From: TPA_inf: Saccharomyces
Taxonomy: Eukaryota
Assembly (NCBI GenBank): GCA_000146045.2
Contig: BK006943.2
Coordinates: 608,001-672,000 of the forward strand
DNA: 64,000 bases
Direction of reading: 5' to 3'
How positions within the stretch are numbered: position 1 is the stretch's first letter; every line of letters starts with the position of its first letter. A model generated the notes under the pieces. That model saw nothing but the letters and a program-made list of their open reading frames with translations, was not told the origin of the DNA and made no database searches. Positions 46,239-57,217 of the stretch are shown here, piece after piece. The position numbers and the translations under genes were made by a program.

Positions 46239-46736
46239 GGTTACGTTAACTTTAGAAATATTGGTAAATCCTTCTGCAATGAGCTTTTTCGAGATGTGAA
46301 AAATTAGTAGAGTTTTCTTTCGTGCCTTTTTTTTCGGTGCGTCAACTTTAATATATAGTTATAATTGCTCTATAATGCTAGGCAAAAATAAACGAGAAGG
46401 AAGGTGAGTTTTAGTTCATTGACTAAAAATGAGCAAAAAAAGTCAGGAGTTTTTGTTTTGAAGGGCACTTCAACTCTCGAACTATGGATTTACAGTTTCT
46501 TCCTCGTCTTTTTAAGTAAAGTATTTTCAAATGACCAAAATGTAAATAAATTTGAAAAGGGCCCTTCTTTACGAAAAAAAGATCAAAAAAATGTTCACAA
46601 ACTATTTCACGAAATCAAGACAAACATATAAAGGAGAAATACAGTGGAGATTAGATAGTAATGTTCGTAATACCTGTTACAAAGTACTTTCTATTGTTAT
46701 AAAACATTTACATATTGTGTAAACCAATAATATCAC

Positions 46737-47963
46737 TCAAAAGGAAAGTAAATCGATTTCTTTGGATGATGTATGGTTATTATTGGTATTCTGTTCTTGT
46801 TGAACAGCTCCACCATGCATTTCACCAAATTCGTCATCATCATCTTGATCTGTACTTAGTGCAGTTGTGCTATTAGATACAGGATTAGAGGCAGCGGCTT
46901 TCGCTTGGGATGCTTTAGGAGCACTAGGTGCTTCTGCAGATGCCTTTGCAGTTGAAAAGAGAGAGCTAAAAGGATCTACTTTTTTAGGTTCCGCAATAGC
47001 TGGGGTAATCTTGCCTTGGTCGGTAGTGGAGCTGTTATAAAAAGGCATTGAACTCGTGGTGGCGGGCATACCCTCAATTGGGCTCGTGTTTAGCAAGTTA
47101 AACGAATTAGCAGGGTTGGTAACAGGGACGGCGCTTTGAAATTCTGAAAACTCGTCATCATCGTCCTCTTCTTCGTCCGCCTTCTTTTCATCTTCTTGTA
47201 TGAGTTCTTTAGATGGTTTTGAAGACTCACTAGAAAAAAAGTCAACAAAGTCCTCTGGTTCTTGTTTTCCTTGCCCAGGAGTAGATGTGGCTCTCGAGGC
47301 ATTATCGTTATATCCATTTTGACTAAAAGAACCATCTTCGTTATCTTCATTGTCACTATCGAAATCAGCACTCACGCTAATGCCGTGCACTTTCGTTGAC
47401 GTGAAACCTGCCTTCGAATTCAAACTGCCATCAGCAGAGGCAGATCCTCCAGCAACGCCCTTGTACTTCTTTGCCGTTTCTCTTGCCTTTTTTCTTTCTG
47501 CGCGTATCTTATTATCGTCGCTCAATAATTCAATCAAAGCTTTGACCCTAGTTCTGACATTAATTCCTTGATCTCTTCCCTGGGAATCAATATAGTGAAA
47601 AGTTTCTAAAATCCTAATTAAGTTAATGCTATTCCTTGTATCATCGATAAACCTTTCAGAACCGTGTTTGATAAGGTAATCGAGCAATTGCAAGGCTTTA
47701 TAAATTTGCCTCCACTCACTACCTGCCTTTTCAGTGAACCTTCTGAATATCATGGACAAAATTTCTTCTCTTTCCCTGAAATTGTAAGTTCCTTGAGAAA
47801 TCTGGTCCATTAAAGTGGATGAGGCACCCCAAGGCTCGTTGTTTGTCGCTTCACGAACTTTCCCCTCCATCTCAGTATAATTGAAAACAACATTTTGAGC
47901 TTTACGAAAATATTTCTTGGCGTCATATAATGACATGTTGGCTAATGTATCCTCTAAACTCAT
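46737..47963 (-). CDS. ENT3: Epsin-like clathrin adaptor with an N-terminal ENTH domain
   Basis: The track ORF starts at a GTG at 47975; the ATG at 47963 gives 408 aa (MSLEDTLANMSLYDAKKYFRKAQNVVFNYTEMEGKVREATNNEPWGAS..., ENTH). The acidic, S/T-rich C-terminus has DxF-like motifs. Confidence 0.88.
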   Translation of the reverse strand: MSLEDTLANMSLYDAKKYFRKAQNVVFNYTEMEGKVREATNNEPWGASSTLMDQISQGTYNFREREEILSMIFRRFTEKAGSEWRQIYKALQLLDYLIKHGSERFIDDTRNSINLIRILETFHYIDSQGRDQGINVRTRVKALIELLSDDNKIRAERKKARETAKKYKGVAGGSASADGSLNSKAGFTSTKVHGISVSADFDSDNEDNEDGSFSQNGYNDNASRATSTPGQGKQEPEDFVDFFSSESSKPSKELIQEDEKKADEEEDDDDEFSEFQSAVPVTNPANSFNLLNTSPIEGMPATTSSMPFYNSSTTDQGKITPAIAEPKKVDPFSSLFSTAKASAEAPSAPKASQAKAAASNPVSNSTTALSTDQDDDDEFGEMHGGAVQQEQNTNNNHTSSKEIDLLSF

Positions 47964-48253
47964 TCTTCCTAACACTAATTAACGATGTGATCTCCTATCG
48001 ACGTCCCTACACCTTCCTGAATTGGTAATTTTTGCTTTCCTCAAATAACTGTATCTACAAATCATTTCATGATTCTTCTAGTCCCCTTTTACTTTTCCTA
48101 ATCACCTCGCACAACGTACGGTGTGACATGTATAAGAAATTGAAGCCATGTTTATAGAGTATATACAAAAAAGCCTCTCATGGTTATTATTCAAAGTCAC
48201 TCTACGTATGCAAATAAAATAAATGTATATACTGAGGTGAGGTACTTAAATGC

Positions 48254-50689
48254 TTATTGAAGTAAATAGCGAACGTTGCTGAATTGGCTTAGCAAAATGG
48301 TTAACCACTGAATGACCTCGTTTCTATCAATATCAGCCAATCCTTCGTGAAGGCCGGGCAAAACTTCCCCGACAGATCCCTCAAACTTACTAGGTGCTAA
48401 AAGAGAGTACTTCATCCATTCCCTGTCTTTCAGTCCTCTGTGTGTAATAAATAATTGATCAATTTGCTTTGATTTGCTATTGGATCGTTGCAGTTTAATA
48501 TAGCTCTTGATTTTTTTGTAAAAAGCCCAAACAGGTAAAGCTTCCCTACACTCTTTATAGAGAATACCATTTTGTTGGTCAAATTGGATGCTATCTTCCT
48601 GTGTGGCAACTTTTAATAAGTCCAGAACCCTTTTTGCTAAGCTGTTCACTTCATCGTCCTGGGGAAATGCTGAAGATAGATTAGAGTGCCATGCGATATA
48701 CCAGTTATATATTTTCTTCAGGTAAACATGTGTATTGAATCTTGCCAGTTCGTTTTCACTCAGCATCAGCGTTGTCAAACCTACAAACATGGCCATGGTG
48801 TTGTGTAACTTGTAGTCAGAATTGGTAAATTTTTCCAACCAAGTTGGGCTATCGAATACGGAGTTACTATGATAGACTGCGCCTGAAGTATCATTGGCAT
48901 TAAACTGAAAATGTGCAGCGGGCACTCCAAGATGGTACTGAAATGAAGTGTAACTAGACAACCCATCAAGTAGAGAAATAGTGGCATTAGAAGTGTATTT
49001 CCAATGGTCGAACAATGACCAGTCTTCGTGCCCATTAAATTCCGTGAGCTTAGCAGCTTCGTATATCACGTCTTGTAAAAGTGGGTTGGCTTTACAGTGA
49101 AAATTTGTCCCAGAGATTGCATTATCTAGATTTAGGTATACCAAGGCCCTTCTCCTGAGAATCGCAGCATGAGCTTCTGCATAATCTGTAGATCCCAGAA
49201 GGCCGGATCGTTCACCATCCCAACTTATTAGTTTGATAGGACGCAGTGGCTTCCAACCATGCTTAAGTAATTTACTCATTCCTCGTGCAATTTCTAAAAG
49301 AATAGCGCTGCCACTATTTGCATCACCGGCGCTACTCGAGGCGAGCGAATCCCTATGAGCTCCGATAATAATCTCCCCCTCAGTGAATATACCAGGGATA
49401 CTAACCTCTACACTACTCATTTCCTTGATGTTGTAAGTTAGCTCATTATGCAAATGGACTTTATCGATAGAGCTTGAAGGTCCAGTGAATGATCCAAAAT
49501 CTTTTATATTACTACCGGGCCCAATTTGAAAACCCCTGCCATTCAATCTTTCTAAAATTGGTTGGACATCTCTAGCACTCATCGGCACCGATGGTATCCT
49601 CGGCACTCTCCCTACCGGTGACATATGTTCAGTGTCGGAATCCTTGGAGGGATACCCTGGAGTTGTCGGATCTCCTGGAGTGTCACTGAAATAGTTTACA
49701 GAATCTCTCCTAATATAACTTGGGTTTCTTGCTGGTCCATAAGGATAGTGTAAAAACCCATTTTCCTCAGTAACTTTACCATCGTCAAATGGGTCTGTAT
49801 ATATAATGACACTGGAAGCGCCATAAAGTTCTGCATTCTTTACCTTTAATCCAGGTAATATTTTACCCGATCGTACGATGTGGATTTTATCTTCAATATC
49901 AATGTTTTTCTTCAAAAGTAGCTTGTAATCACTGATGCTACCATAATTGCAAAACACGTATCGAGCAGTTACACTTCCATTTTTTGAATATTGATGGAAA
50001 CCCTTTTGCCTTTTCCTAGCGTGAGAAGCAGGATCACCTTTAACTCTATCCTCGATCATGCTTGCTTCGTAGACCACTTTACCATTTTCTAAAGGAGCTA
50101 CGTTAGTGTCTACTGGTTCACCTATCCATGGGTAATATTTTTCAACTTTGGGTTTGTACCCCATATCTAGAAACTCGTCCAAGGTATATTTAAACGTTGA
50201 CGAATCACTTGCTCCGTTGCTCATGTACCCAGCATACTTGTATACATGTTCTTTCGCTCTATTTTCCTGTTGCAAGGAGTTCAAGTATATCCTATAAACC
50301 TCTGCATTCGTCAATCTGGAAGAGTGAAACCGCCGAAAGTCTCTTGATAAAGACGTCCTGGGAGCAAATGCGGCAACAAATCCCATGTACAAAAGGAGAC
50401 TCGCTAGAATCAAGTACATAAACTTTTCCTTGTCCATATGTTCTTTCATTATTTCATAACCACTAACAATACTAGATATTGTATTACTTCTGCCTCTATT
50501 CCTGGATGTTAAAGTGAAAGAATCATTCATGCTTTCTTCATTGTCATCGCGAGTGGTCTCGCCACTATATTGTTGTAATCCAGTGGCTTCGGCCTCATTG
50601 TCATCAGGGTCTGCCATATTAACAACAGTTCTCTCCTTTAATTGACCTTCCTCTTTCTCTCTCTTTCTCTCTCTCTGTATCATTCTCAT
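48254..50689 (-). CDS. VPS70: Type II membrane protein of the transferrin-receptor / PSMA (M28 peptidase, PA-domain) family
   Basis: 811 aa starting at ATG. A single N-terminal transmembrane segment (FMYLILASLLLYMGFVAAFA), a PA domain and an M28-like domain. Confidence 0.85.
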   Translation of the reverse strand: MRMIQRERKREKEEGQLKERTVVNMADPDDNEAEATGLQQYSGETTRDDNEESMNDSFTLTSRNRGRSNTISSIVSGYEIMKEHMDKEKFMYLILASLLLYMGFVAAFAPRTSLSRDFRRFHSSRLTNAEVYRIYLNSLQQENRAKEHVYKYAGYMSNGASDSSTFKYTLDEFLDMGYKPKVEKYYPWIGEPVDTNVAPLENGKVVYEASMIEDRVKGDPASHARKRQKGFHQYSKNGSVTARYVFCNYGSISDYKLLLKKNIDIEDKIHIVRSGKILPGLKVKNAELYGASSVIIYTDPFDDGKVTEENGFLHYPYGPARNPSYIRRDSVNYFSDTPGDPTTPGYPSKDSDTEHMSPVGRVPRIPSVPMSARDVQPILERLNGRGFQIGPGSNIKDFGSFTGPSSSIDKVHLHNELTYNIKEMSSVEVSIPGIFTEGEIIIGAHRDSLASSSAGDANSGSAILLEIARGMSKLLKHGWKPLRPIKLISWDGERSGLLGSTDYAEAHAAILRRRALVYLNLDNAISGTNFHCKANPLLQDVIYEAAKLTEFNGHEDWSLFDHWKYTSNATISLLDGLSSYTSFQYHLGVPAAHFQFNANDTSGAVYHSNSVFDSPTWLEKFTNSDYKLHNTMAMFVGLTTLMLSENELARFNTHVYLKKIYNWYIAWHSNLSSAFPQDDEVNSLAKRVLDLLKVATQEDSIQFDQQNGILYKECREALPVWAFYKKIKSYIKLQRSNSKSKQIDQLFITHRGLKDREWMKYSLLAPSKFEGSVGEVLPGLHEGLADIDRNEVIQWLTILLSQFSNVRYLLQ

Positions 50690-50916
50690 ATATCTCTTAC
50701 ATTCTTAATTGTGCATGTTGAAATTGTTTTAATAAGTACGGCCCCTTGCCTTGTCAAACCTTTTTACCCGGGCCATCAAACTCAAGCAAACTCCGAATGG
50801 AACAATGCCTTTTTGAAGCCTGGTGGTATATTATGAAAGTTATGATAGTTCTAAGCTTTAATTCTGTAAATACTATAGTATAGAGACGGCCGCCATTATA
50901 TATTTGTAAATCGGAC

Positions 50917-53900
50917 TTATATTCTAGTGTTTCTTTTTTTCGTAACACTATAGATAGCTCTTGATTGCAAACCATGAGCGAACGATAATATTATAGGCCA
51001 AATTGGCGCATCACCCAATATTTGAACACCCAAATATAAACATTTGGAGGATAGACTTGCCGCTACAATTAGTTGAATTGTCTCATTTATATCGGTATTC
51101 GGGTCCATGGCCCTTTGTGCTTGTTCTTCATTTAGTGCTGACAAATCTAGGGCATCCTTGTCCTGCCATCTTAAGAAATCAGTGTACGATTTCAACACAT
51201 CACACTCCTTCGGTATCAAGTTCATTTGTAATCTTCTCAAAATCCTTTCTGCTTTTAGCCATAAGACACGGTCCGAAAAATCCAATAATGCTGAGTTAGG
51301 GTTGTTGGCATTGTACCCGCGTGCCCAATCCTCTACACATTTCATGTATTCCGAAATCACTAATACTGCAGTGAACATACATGTGGTCGCAAATACAGGA
51401 GTATTGAAAATTCTGCGCTTGCCCTGTTTAATGTACGTAAAAAATGAAGTCCACGCATCCACCATATTCAGTGCATACTCGGTAGCTTCCCTCAATGAAC
51501 CCATGTCATAGCAAACTTCCTCCAAAGCTTTATTCATATTGGACCAATCTTTCAACCAGATTTTCTCAATAACATGTGCCAGGTCCAAACACCGTCTCAT
51601 TTTGGCAAACAAATATACCGGAATTATTAACCTCATTGCTGGATTGGCGTTTATTGTTGACATGCTATTCTCGGTAGGTGTCAAGATGCCACCATTTTTC
51701 AAATAAAGGTTTTCCCAGTATTTTAACATTGTATCGATCCGTTGTCTGGAAGTCATCTTCCACTCAATATCGTCCAACTCAATGTTATTGCTATTGGTGT
51801 TGTTATTACTGATCCTTGCGTTATTTCTTTCAATAAGTATTTTCTCATGGATAGATATCAACAATGATAGACATGTACTTAACGAAACCCTAGCATTTCC
51901 GTAAAAAAAACTATCGCCTGTAGAAAGAAACCTCAAACAATTTTCATATGCCTCGTTACCATTAGACAATTCAATCAACGAAAATTTCGAATCTAACGTT
52001 ATTTTGTATTGACATAATAGGTCCGACCATTCATCGGAATTTCGGCACTGATATAATTCTTCTTTATAGCATGGAACACCACATTTTAAATCGACTGAAT
52101 GAAAACAGCAATCAGCACCTACCAGTGAAGAAAATAAGTTAGATATAAGTAATACCGCATGGCAAGTCCTGATACGTGACTGCGCCAATACAAAATATTG
52201 GTAGTTTTTGTTCATTTGATTCGGCGCGTTGTATTGCTCTCTTATTTTTGAAAACATATGAGGACTGTTTTCATATTCCATAATATGATCACTCTCAATA
52301 GGCGGCTGGCATAGGGACTCTAGGGGCAAATTTAAACGAGAGGCCTTCAAGAGACGAATAATAGTCGTCAACTGACCATGCATCCCCTTGATCACGGCTG
52401 TATTTTTATTGAAAATACAGTAGAACGTTAGCAATACTAATGTCTGTATAACCCATAACTCTGTCGTCTCCGGGTTTTTCTCACTAACTTTCAAGCTTTT
52501 CCTAATTTGGGTGCTAGCTGCATTAGCTAACACTTTTGCATGCGTCGAATGAAACCCATACAATGCTCCGACCATGGAGATAGATAATAACAAGGGATAA
52601 CTGTCCATATTAGGTATGATAGAAGGAAGATGAATAAATGAAAAAAATGGATGGAATTCTTCCTTATAGTAAGTCACATAATCGTTCAATTGACTAGTTG
52701 TGGGGAAGGCTCCTGAATCGATATTATTGTCGGCTAGCATCATACTCCTTAGCTCATTGGTAAAAAGCACTTGAGATACTGAAGGGACAGAAAACGGAGA
52801 TAACAAATCCGAAGGAGTAAGAACAGGCAGCTGTTTCTGTGTTGCATTAGAATCAGTTTCGCCGGGGAAAGACAAAGTGAGAACATCGTCGTTCACATGA
52901 GAATTATTTTGCTCTGTCCCGTTTAATACCTTGGAAATATCCAATTGCCTTGAGCTGAAAAAATTGGATAGATCGTAGTCCATCATGACGCTATCACGAC
53001 GCCTCTTATGAGAACTATGGGAAATAGGGTCAGAATAGGAAGGCTCCTTTAGTTGGTTTTGTGGTGTACTTGGTAAATCTGTGCTTCCATTCAAACTCAA
53101 GTTTAAGCGAGGTGATAAAGAAGCTTTTTCATGATTTAATGAGGTAGCAGAATGGTTTGGAGGTGACTTGTTTGGTATAGATGACCTTGATGAAGGTGGA
53201 GAATAAATAAACCCAATGTCATTGAAATGATTGAAGTTGATCTTGAAGGTAGATTTTGGATCAGAGTTGTTAATAAACTCTGATAACCACTTGTCATCTA
53301 TGGCAGCAGGATCGATATTACTATCCTTATCATTGGGCTCCATTGATGGTTCCAGTAAATTATTTGTGCCTGGATTGAAATTGATCGTGGAAGAGGAATC
53401 TGAAACAGTTGTTGGTGGGTTTTTAGGAGATAGTGACATAAGCGGCTGCTCATTGCTCATTTGCCTATAAGTTTGATTTGCCAAATTACTGTAACTATTA
53501 GAAGCCGTAGTAGAATTAGACGGTATAGTATTCGGGAAGCTTGACGGAAGGTTAAATTCAGAAACTGTCGGTTTATCATGACTGAAGCAGCCCAAATCAA
53601 ATGGCGAATGGTGGCTAGACATGTATCCTCCCGCACCTGCATGTGCAGAGTTCATTGTCAAAAGATCGGTTAAAGATGGACCGCTACTTAAGAGATACAC
53701 TCCAGGTGTAGCAACTGTACTTCCATTGTTGCTGTTCACTATGGTACTAGAGGTGGAATTTTGCTGTTGTTGTTGTTGTTGTTGTTGCTGTCCGGAGGGG
53801 TCATTGTTAAATAGATTTAAGTTAAACTTGATAGCTTGCGGTGGTTCGTCCAGGGTTAACGGAGGTAAATCCAATTCTGACACGCTTTCCATGAGCTGCT

Positions 53901-55059
53901 TCGCGGTCATTTGTGGAGTAGAAAAGCCGACTTGATGCGGAGCGTCTTCAACGAGCTCGAAATTGGTAATTGAATGGTGGGGGCTATTGCTACTAGACAT
54001 GTAAGTCATTGCACTGGATGCAGAGAAAGACGCATGTCTTTTCGTCTTATGCATGGAAGAGGGAGTGTTCGCCCTGTCGATAACAGCATCGCTTGATGCA
54101 GAGTGAACTGGCACGCCTTTCGTGCTGAACTTGAACTCTCGAAATCCTAGGGAGCCTGCCTTACTAGGAGGAGTTTTCTCTCGCTTATCGTTCATTACTG
54201 GGGCCGAGACGGGAAGTTCTACATTATTTGATTTGGCCAAGGCAACCACGGCCTCTTTCAATTCTTCAGATGTCTTACCAGCAAGGTTCTTCGGGGTGGG
54301 TAGAATAGTCTCTTTATTTCCGGCTATTTTAATGATATGAAGGTCGGTTGGATCATCCGCCGCCACGGAATGGCGCCGCTTGGAGGCAAAAGAAGAAGTC
54401 GAATTTGGTGCTGGCGTCATTCGCCGTGGATCCCCCGTACCTACAAGAGCAGCATGAAGTTTTTGCTGATGCCTGAGCACTAAATCTCTACGAGCAAAAC
54501 ACCTACCGCAAAAGATACAAAGATACGGTTTCTCACGGGTATGCGAATGCTGATGTCTCTTCAAATGCTCCTGCCTGACAAAACCCCTAGTGCATGTGGG
54601 ACACAAGAACGGTCTTGGCTTATCAGTCTTAATAATTCGAGATTTTTTAGGAATGGGCAGAATACCTTGACCAGCGGGCTTAGCGAAATTAGATTGATTA
54701 CCGTTCACAAACATACTTGGCTCCGGCACTAATAAAAAATCTTTATCTGCCCTATCTATTCTAGTATCGCCAATGTCTTTTAGCTTCTTCGCCCTAAAGT
54801 TTCTTTTTGGTGCAAGAGTCTTCGAGAAAAACGTGTGTTGAGAGAGGCAATGTTTAACGAAGAAAAAAAACTCTATGGAAATCCAAGAAGTCCTTGTTTC
54901 TTTGTTTTCGTTTCTAATATATGCAGGGTCAAGCGGGAAAAAGAAAGACAGACGGAAAAGTGCCCAGCAACACGGAACAAAATTGTCCAGATTTATTCGA
55001 GCGGCCGCGGTTAGTATGCATAATGCAGGCGCCCCTCGTCCAAATGCGAACGGTTCCAT
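50917..55059 (-). CDS. RSF2: C2H2 zinc-finger transcription factor with polyQ and a fungal-specific TF middle domain
   Basis: The track ORF starts at a TTG at 55080; the first ATG at 55059 gives 1380 aa. Two C2H2 fingers (CPTCTRGFVRQEHLKRHQHSH, CIFCGRCFARRDLVLRHQQKLH) and a Q10 run. Confidence 0.87.
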   Translation of the reverse strand: MEPFAFGRGAPALCILTAAARINLDNFVPCCWALFRLSFFFPLDPAYIRNENKETRTSWISIEFFFFVKHCLSQHTFFSKTLAPKRNFRAKKLKDIGDTRIDRADKDFLLVPEPSMFVNGNQSNFAKPAGQGILPIPKKSRIIKTDKPRPFLCPTCTRGFVRQEHLKRHQHSHTREKPYLCIFCGRCFARRDLVLRHQQKLHAALVGTGDPRRMTPAPNSTSSFASKRRHSVAADDPTDLHIIKIAGNKETILPTPKNLAGKTSEELKEAVVALAKSNNVELPVSAPVMNDKREKTPPSKAGSLGFREFKFSTKGVPVHSASSDAVIDRANTPSSMHKTKRHASFSASSAMTYMSSSNSPHHSITNFELVEDAPHQVGFSTPQMTAKQLMESVSELDLPPLTLDEPPQAIKFNLNLFNNDPSGQQQQQQQQQQNSTSSTIVNSNNGSTVATPGVYLLSSGPSLTDLLTMNSAHAGAGGYMSSHHSPFDLGCFSHDKPTVSEFNLPSSFPNTIPSNSTTASNSYSNLANQTYRQMSNEQPLMSLSPKNPPTTVSDSSSTINFNPGTNNLLEPSMEPNDKDSNIDPAAIDDKWLSEFINNSDPKSTFKINFNHFNDIGFIYSPPSSRSSIPNKSPPNHSATSLNHEKASLSPRLNLSLNGSTDLPSTPQNQLKEPSYSDPISHSSHKRRRDSVMMDYDLSNFFSSRQLDISKVLNGTEQNNSHVNDDVLTLSFPGETDSNATQKQLPVLTPSDLLSPFSVPSVSQVLFTNELRSMMLADNNIDSGAFPTTSQLNDYVTYYKEEFHPFFSFIHLPSIIPNMDSYPLLLSISMVGALYGFHSTHAKVLANAASTQIRKSLKVSEKNPETTELWVIQTLVLLTFYCIFNKNTAVIKGMHGQLTTIIRLLKASRLNLPLESLCQPPIESDHIMEYENSPHMFSKIREQYNAPNQMNKNYQYFVLAQSRIRTCHAVLLISNLFSSLVGADCCFHSVDLKCGVPCYKEELYQCRNSDEWSDLLCQYKITLDSKFSLIELSNGNEAYENCLRFLSTGDSFFYGNARVSLSTCLSLLISIHEKILIERNNARISNNNTNSNNIELDDIEWKMTSRQRIDTMLKYWENLYLKNGGILTPTENSMSTINANPAMRLIIPVYLFAKMRRCLDLAHVIEKIWLKDWSNMNKALEEVCYDMGSLREATEYALNMVDAWTSFFTYIKQGKRRIFNTPVFATTCMFTAVLVISEYMKCVEDWARGYNANNPNSALLDFSDRVLWLKAERILRRLQMNLIPKECDVLKSYTDFLRWQDKDALDLSALNEEQAQRAMDPNTDINETIQLIVAASLSSKCLYLGVQILGDAPIWPIILSFAHGLQSRAIYSVTKKRNTRI
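53761..53790 (-). repeat. (CAA/CAG)10 trinucleotide repeat encoding polyglutamine within RSF2
   Basis: Plus-strand TTGCTGTTGTTG...; the minus strand reads CAG CAA x8 CAG CAA. Confidence 0.9.
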
Positions 55060-55999
55060 CCGAAACAGGCCATTTCCCAAAAATTATTTCTCTTAATAGA
55101 AGTTGCTCGCGTAGTTACCTATTGTCGATGCCGCATACGCAGTTACCTTATCCGTTGCCCTACGGAGAATTTCCGCGATGCAGCACCGTGCGGCGAGATC
55201 ACAATTTTCCTTGTACACTCTACTCTGCCCCTGGAGTGGTTCACCCCCGTCTGTGCGTATTTTCGTGTATGATGATATAAGGTCGTTACTACCGTTGATT
55301 CAAAAACAGTTGCTTCTTCCATATATTGTAGCACGAACAACTATGGCCGGCCGCAAATTGCGACAATTACACCTAACGCAGCATTAAGGTCGCAGGAAAT
55401 GTTATCTGCCGAGCTGTTTATCTCTGTTTTCCAAGATTTTTTCAACCAGCCCATGAGTCTGCTGTTGGCGGCAACCCAGTTACAGATAATGGTGCATGTG
55501 ATAAGCTTCGTACCACTATTCGTAGTTTGTTACATCTTGTAAGCCAGTATATATATTTGTTAGATTGTGCCCTAACGTTCCAGTAATTGAAGGGTAACCG
55601 AGGTTTCCGTGGAAAAAAACCGTGTATAAGCAAGAGGTTCCGAGCGAAAAAAAAAAGTATAAAAGAAAGCACAGGCAATGAGATTTGTTTTTCGCTTTTC
55701 CTTCTTATTTGTTAATTCTATTTTTGAAGTTTCCTTCCGAAAAAAAGTAACTTTGTCCTAAAGTACTAATCCACCGCATTAGACAGTACGAAGATCGAGC
55801 TATTTATTTGAACACTCGGTCTTATTCGTGATAAGCGTAATGTGGAGAGATCAATTTCCGGGTCATTTATAAGAACTCGAGTGGATTGCTAGTTGTTTTG
55901 ATTAGCTGAATGAGACTCGAGTGTCAGAAGATGACTATATTTTTTTTCTTTTTTTTTTTAGTTATGTTTTATTTTTGAACTTGTACTTGCACATGTATC

Positions 56000-57019
56000 T
56001 TATTGTTTCGTGATCTTGTAGATCCGTATGGGTGCAATCAAAGGTTTGAATTGCAGGGCTTTCATCGCGCGGATCTCGTTGTTTGCGTCGTACTCTGTGC
56101 TGGTGACTATGGTACATTTTAGCCCGAGTTTATTGCACTCTTGAGAAAACAGTTGGACAGTGGATTCGCTTCTAATTGTCGCGGATAGGAGACACAGTTT
56201 GCATCGGTCTAAAGCAAGACATTCGGCCAGACACTCGCATAGATCAGGAAGGATAGTTGGGTCATACGTAACATCTGCCCCCACTACTAAATCTATATCC
56301 TCAGGAACTCTATCGCTGCCCCACCATAATCTTTGCAACTTGATGTCTGGTTCGTTCTCACGCACTTCATTGTTCAATTCAAAATTTCTTTTCAGCTGCG
56401 TCTCAACGAGATTCGAATCACCATCCGTGACGTACATCTTATTTACGAACTCGTGATACTTTTGTAAAATGACGAGACTCACTATGCCTGTGCCAGCGCC
56501 GACCTCAAGAACATTTAATTTTTTCTTGCCATCGTCTTGTCCTTGTACCGGTGCCAACTCTTGTAAGGGCTTATGAATAAGGAAATCACCCATGTATAAG
56601 GCAGCTTCCCATGTCCTGAAACCTGTAGTACTGGCCGCACTGATCAAATTCGGTGTTTCCTCAATTTTGATCTTTACGTCCTCGTCAAACCTGTACCTCA
56701 CGACGTCTTTCATCATCGGGTCTGGCTTGCCTGTGCTTAATAGTTTTATGTACTTCTCATAGAGATAATCATATATCTCTATCTCGTCTTCGCCATCGTT
56801 GACAATTGTGAATGCCTTCGCGAAAATCCATTCGTGGTCTAAGAGCATCTTGACTATGGTTTTGCAATAATATGCATTCGTCTTTTGCACAAGTTCCATC
56901 TCACAAACAAATCTCGATGCATGCAGGACATCGTTAGATTTGCTTGTTTCCAACTCTTCTAGCAAGTATTTTCCAGGGCACCGCTGATGTAATCTATCGT
57001 AGAATAGATCTTCATTCAT
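56000..57019 (-). CDS. EFM3: Class I SAM-dependent protein-lysine methyltransferase (FAM86-like; YJR129C)
   Basis: The track ORF starts at a TTG at 57043; the ATG at 57019 gives 339 aa. Has the Rossmann-type motif I LEVGAGTGIVS. Confidence 0.8.
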   Translation of the reverse strand: MNEDLFYDRLHQRCPGKYLLEELETSKSNDVLHASRFVCEMELVQKTNAYYCKTIVKMLLDHEWIFAKAFTIVNDGEDEIEIYDYLYEKYIKLLSTGKPDPMMKDVVRYRFDEDVKIKIEETPNLISAASTTGFRTWEAALYMGDFLIHKPLQELAPVQGQDDGKKKLNVLEVGAGTGIVSLVILQKYHEFVNKMYVTDGDSNLVETQLKRNFELNNEVRENEPDIKLQRLWWGSDRVPEDIDLVVGADVTYDPTILPDLCECLAECLALDRCKLCLLSATIRSESTVQLFSQECNKLGLKCTIVTSTEYDANNEIRAMKALQFKPLIAPIRIYKITKQ

Positions 57020-57217
57020 GTTATCTTTGACGAGGAGGGTCAAGTTTTACTAGCTCGATTTTTCTGCTTTCTTTTCCTTTTTCATTTACTTATACATTCT
57101 TCATCATTTTTGCGATGATGTACTAACTGCTAGTATTTATTTCGCTGTTTGTCGTGTCCGGACAATCAGCATTAAAATTTTCTACAGAGTTTTCTAATAC
57201 ATATAAACATTTTGGCT

